From: Candidatus Latescibacterota bacterium | GTDB taxonomy: Bacteria; Latescibacterota; UBA2968; GCA-2709665 | Length of the DNA stretch: 64,000 nt | NCBI GenBank assembly: GCA_965219455.1 | Contig: OZ244744.1 | Coordinates: 1,408,001-1,472,000, forward strand | Direction: 5' to 3' | Part shown: positions 61,065-64,000 of the stretch, piece after piece | How positions within the stretch are numbered: the stretch's first letter is position 1 | Layout: each line of letters opens with the position of its first letter | Made by a program: the position numbers and the translations under genes | The notes under the pieces: generated by a model | Told to the model about the DNA's origin: nothing | What the model saw: only the letters and a program-made list of their open reading frames with translations | Databases searched by the model: none

Positions 61065-63206
61065 TCAATCGGGTGGAGGGAACGGGCCGTTGGCCGCGAA
61101 AAAATCCGGAACGTCGAATTGCTCTCCCCTGGCCAGCCCCATCAGGATCTCCTGTGACGAAATGGCAGTCCGTCCGTTCGAAGCCTCTACACCGCGATGG
61201 TCGCCGTCCGGAAGAAGCTCACGTGCCTTGATATTGTCCGCCATGCACGGAGAGAGAATCCGGGACTGGATTCTTCGGATAAGCACCGGGTCTTCAATGG
61301 GACAGAGGATTTCCACGCGTCGGCGGAGATTGCGGGGCATCCAGTCCGCGCTGCCGGTGTAAATCTCTGGCTTGGATCCGTTTTCGAACATGTAGATGCG
61401 GCTGTGCTCAAGGTAACGCCCGACGATGCTTCTCACGCGGATGCGATCGCTGACTCCGGGAATGCCCGGACGGATAGAGCAGATCCCGCGGACGATCAGG
61501 TCGACCTCCACGCCGCTTTGAGACGCTCTGTAGAGCGCTTTCACGACCTTTACATCCTGAAGCGAGTTCATTTTGCAGACAATACGGGCAGGTCGCCCGG
61601 CCCTGGCGTGTTCAATCTCCCGATCGATTTTCGCCAGAATGGAGTCCATCATATTGAAGGGCGCAACCAGCAGCTTCTTGACCTCGGGATGGTCGGACTG
61701 GGTGGTGAGCAGGTTGAACACCTCGGCCACGTCGCTGGTAATGTCTTCCCGGGCGGTCATCAGACCCAGGTCCGTATACACCCGCGCCGTCGTTGCATTG
61801 TAGTTTCCGGTACCAATGTGGGCGTAGCGGCGGAGGCCGCCGGCTTCGCGCCGGACCAGCATGGAGAGCTTGCAATGGGTCTTTAAGCCAACGACGCCAT
61901 AGGCGACGTACACGCCCGCATCCTGGAGTTGCCGCGCCCATCGGATGTTGGAGGCCTCGTCGAATCGGGCTTTGAGTTCCACAATCACGGTAACCTCTTT
62001 GCCCGCCTCCGCGGCTTTCAGCAGAGCATCCATGATGGGAGAGTCTTCGGTTGTGCGATACAGCGTCTGTTTAATGGCCAGTACGTCAGGGTCCCGCGCG
62101 GCTGACTGGACAAACTGGATGACCGGCTGGAAAGAGTCGTATGGATGATGCAACAGGATGTCCCGCTGGCGGATTTCGGCGAATAGCTGGTCGAGGTCTT
62201 CGGTGAAGGGGTACTCGGCCGGATGGTACGGCGCGTCCTTCAGGTCCGGACGCCGCGTCGCCCCGTAGAGCATCATCAGGCGATTGAGATTGACCGGACC
62301 GTTCACCCGGTAAACCTGTTTCTCACTCAGATGATAAATCGCCCGAAGCCGCCGTTCGATCTGCTTCGGCGCCGCCGCGTCGATTTCCAGCCGGACGGTA
62401 TCGCCCTTGCGCCTGCGTTTGAGTTCGTCCTCAATAGCCAGTAGCAGGTCGTCGGCTTCTTCTTCATCGAGGTAGAGGTCGCTGTTACGCGTGATACGAA
62501 AAGCGGCGGTACCCAGGATCTCGTACCCCCTGTACAGCTCCGGGATGTGCGCCCGCACAAGGTCGGCCAGAAATACGTAATCGACGCGCCGGCCCTCGTC
62601 TTCCCTGGGCAAGCGGATGAGACGCGGCAACAGGCGCGGAACCGTAACCACGCCGAATAAGGTGTCACCCCTACTGTCCTTGAGCAAAACGGCCAGGCAA
62701 AGCGACTTGTTAACCACGCGCGGAATGGGATGGGCCGGGTTGACGGTAAGGGGCGTCAGAACCGGATGGAGTTCCCGCAGCCAGTAGTCCCGGATAAATT
62801 CCTGTTCGGCGGGTTCGAGGTCTTGCGACGAACGGATATGCACCTCGGCCTTTTTCAGTGCGGGCAATAGCTCTTCGTTCCAGCAGGCATATTGTTCGTG
62901 GACCATGCGGTGGGTTTCAACGGAAACGGCTTCGAACACTTCTTCGGGCAACAGCCCGTCGGGGCCGGCATCGTGTACGCCGGCTTCCATCTGCTGAAGC
63001 AATCCTGCGACGCGGATTTCGAAGAACTCGTCCAGGTTGTTGGCGACGATCGCCAGGAATTTCACGCGCTCCAGCAGAGGATTATTCGGGTCCCGGGCTT
63101 CTTCGAGGACGCGTTCGTTAAAGCGAAGCCAGGAGATTTCCCTGTTGGTATAGAGCTTTGGATCGTCCAGGTTCATGCCGGGTTTCTCGTGGGTGACCGG
63201 AGCCAT
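61065..63206 (-). CDS. ppk1: Polyphosphate kinase 1 (start 63206 or 63176)
   Basis: NREISWLRFNERVL, NLDEFFEIRVAG, LHHPYDSF, ELKARFDE, KTHCK, GTGNYN and GSADWMPRNL motifs. Confidence 0.97.
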   Translation of the reverse strand: MAPVTHEKPGMNLDDPKLYTNREISWLRFNERVLEEARDPNNPLLERVKFLAIVANNLDEFFEIRVAGLLQQMEAGVHDAGPDGLLPEEVFEAVSVETHRMVHEQYACWNEELLPALKKAEVHIRSSQDLEPAEQEFIRDYWLRELHPVLTPLTVNPAHPIPRVVNKSLCLAVLLKDSRGDTLFGVVTVPRLLPRLIRLPREDEGRRVDYVFLADLVRAHIPELYRGYEILGTAAFRITRNSDLYLDEEEADDLLLAIEDELKRRRKGDTVRLEIDAAAPKQIERRLRAIYHLSEKQVYRVNGPVNLNRLMMLYGATRRPDLKDAPYHPAEYPFTEDLDQLFAEIRQRDILLHHPYDSFQPVIQFVQSAARDPDVLAIKQTLYRTTEDSPIMDALLKAAEAGKEVTVIVELKARFDEASNIRWARQLQDAGVYVAYGVVGLKTHCKLSMLVRREAGGLRRYAHIGTGNYNATTARVYTDLGLMTAREDITSDVAEVFNLLTTQSDHPEVKKLLVAPFNMMDSILAKIDREIEHARAGRPARIVCKMNSLQDVKVVKALYRASQSGVEVDLIVRGICSIRPGIPGVSDRIRVRSIVGRYLEHSRIYMFENGSKPEIYTGSADWMPRNLRRRVEILCPIEDPVLIRRIQSRILSPCMADNIKARELLPDGDHRGVEASNGRTAISSQEILMGLARGEQFDVPDFFAANGPFPPPD

Positions 63207-63314
63207 TGGTAATTGCATTTGGCTCAAGATAAACCGACACAAAGCATGAGTCAATCGGAATCGCGCTTGCAAGTCTTTATGGCGCGGGGGTTTGATGGAC
63301 TGCGTCATCGCCTG

Positions 63315-64000
63315 TCAACGTCTCGAAGCCATGGCCCTCAGTTCCTCCCAAAGATCCTGATACGCGTTTGCCGCAGGCGAACCCGGCGCGAAGCATGGCA
63401 CCGGCTTTCGGTGGATACCCATTTTTTCGACTTCCGACGCGTATGGAATCTGCGTCTCCAGAAACCGGTCTTCCCGATCTCTGCCGGTTGCCAGGTATTC
63501 GCTGTGCATGCGTTTCCGTTGCTCGACCATCGTGAAAAACGGGTGGATCCGGGAGACATCCAGGCGTCTGGAATGACAGAACCGCAGCAACTGATCGTAG
63601 GCACGCATGGACAACGTGGTCGGGATACACGGTACCAGGACGATGTCAGAGGCGAAAAGCATATTTTCAGACACCTGGCCGATGCCGGGCGGACAGTCGA
63701 TAAAAATGAAGTCGTACGTCTTGCTATACGGCGCCAGAATGCGATGGAGCCGCTTCGAGGAGCCTTTCAGTTTGCTCAGAATCGTGTCCAGGTTTCTGAA
63801 CGACAGGTTTGACGGCAGCAGATCCAGGTTTTCGTAGTCGGTACCTCTGATGCGCTTCTCTAGTCTTCGGCCACCGCGGAGGAACTTTCGACCCGGGAGT
63901 TTCCTGGAGGGATTGATGCGAAAATAGAACGCGGCCGATCCCTGAGGGTCCAGATCGAACAGAATGGTCCGCGCGCCCGCGCGCGCGGCGAGGTAGGCCA
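63315..64000 (-). CDS. ParA/Soj-family ATPase, 5' end outside the window
   Basis: AYLAARAGARTILFDLDPQGSAAFYF, NLDLLPS, YDFIFIDCPP and VLVPCIPT motifs in one open frame. Confidence 0.9.
   Translation of the reverse strand, partial: AYLAARAGARTILFDLDPQGSAAFYFRINPSRKLPGRKFLRGGRRLEKRIRGTDYENLDLLPSNLSFRNLDTILSKLKGSSKRLHRILAPYSKTYDFIFIDCPPGIGQVSENMLFASDIVLVPCIPTTLSMRAYDQLLRFCHSRRLDVSRIHPFFTMVEQRKRMHSEYLATGRDREDRFLETQIPYASEVEKMGIHRKPVPCFAPGSPAANAYQDLWEELRAMASRR

Overview
GC-rich bacterial window. The dockerin/EF-hand-like and FlgD-Ig/T9SS-type-A-like C-termini, WD40 and 24-aa LRR repeats and giant FN3/cadherin proteins suggest a host-associated (possibly sponge) FCB-superphylum organism such as Latescibacterota or Gemmatimonadota; this is inference only. 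1-7.2 kb holds small genes and a secreted WD40 pseudogene (nonsense codon plus a 160-bp TTAA MITE). That pseudogene is bracketed by two copies of a promoter-plus-hairpin element, a candidate sRNA. 7.2-45.9 kb is a co-oriented ~38-kb cluster of modular secreted surface proteins, preceded by a weak c-di-GMP-I-like leader. Five tandem genes (A-E) end in a near-identical ~90-aa sorting domain embedded in a ~450-bp repeated junction (sorting domain + stem-loop + MHLKST leader). Sequence mosaics show exchange between these junctions, and the LRR binding face is hypervariable. This is the best candidate for an undescribed cassette-shuffling adhesin system. Gene B is frameshifted and gene C is split by an IS1380-family element. 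46-64 kb is mostly housekeeping: TonB-dependent receptor, metallophosphoesterase-GmhB fusion, esterase, RidA, RNase II/R, phoB/phoR-like pair split by a serine hydrolase and a putative TA pair, ppk1 and a partial ParA. All domain calls are by eye; no HMM or BLAST searches were run.
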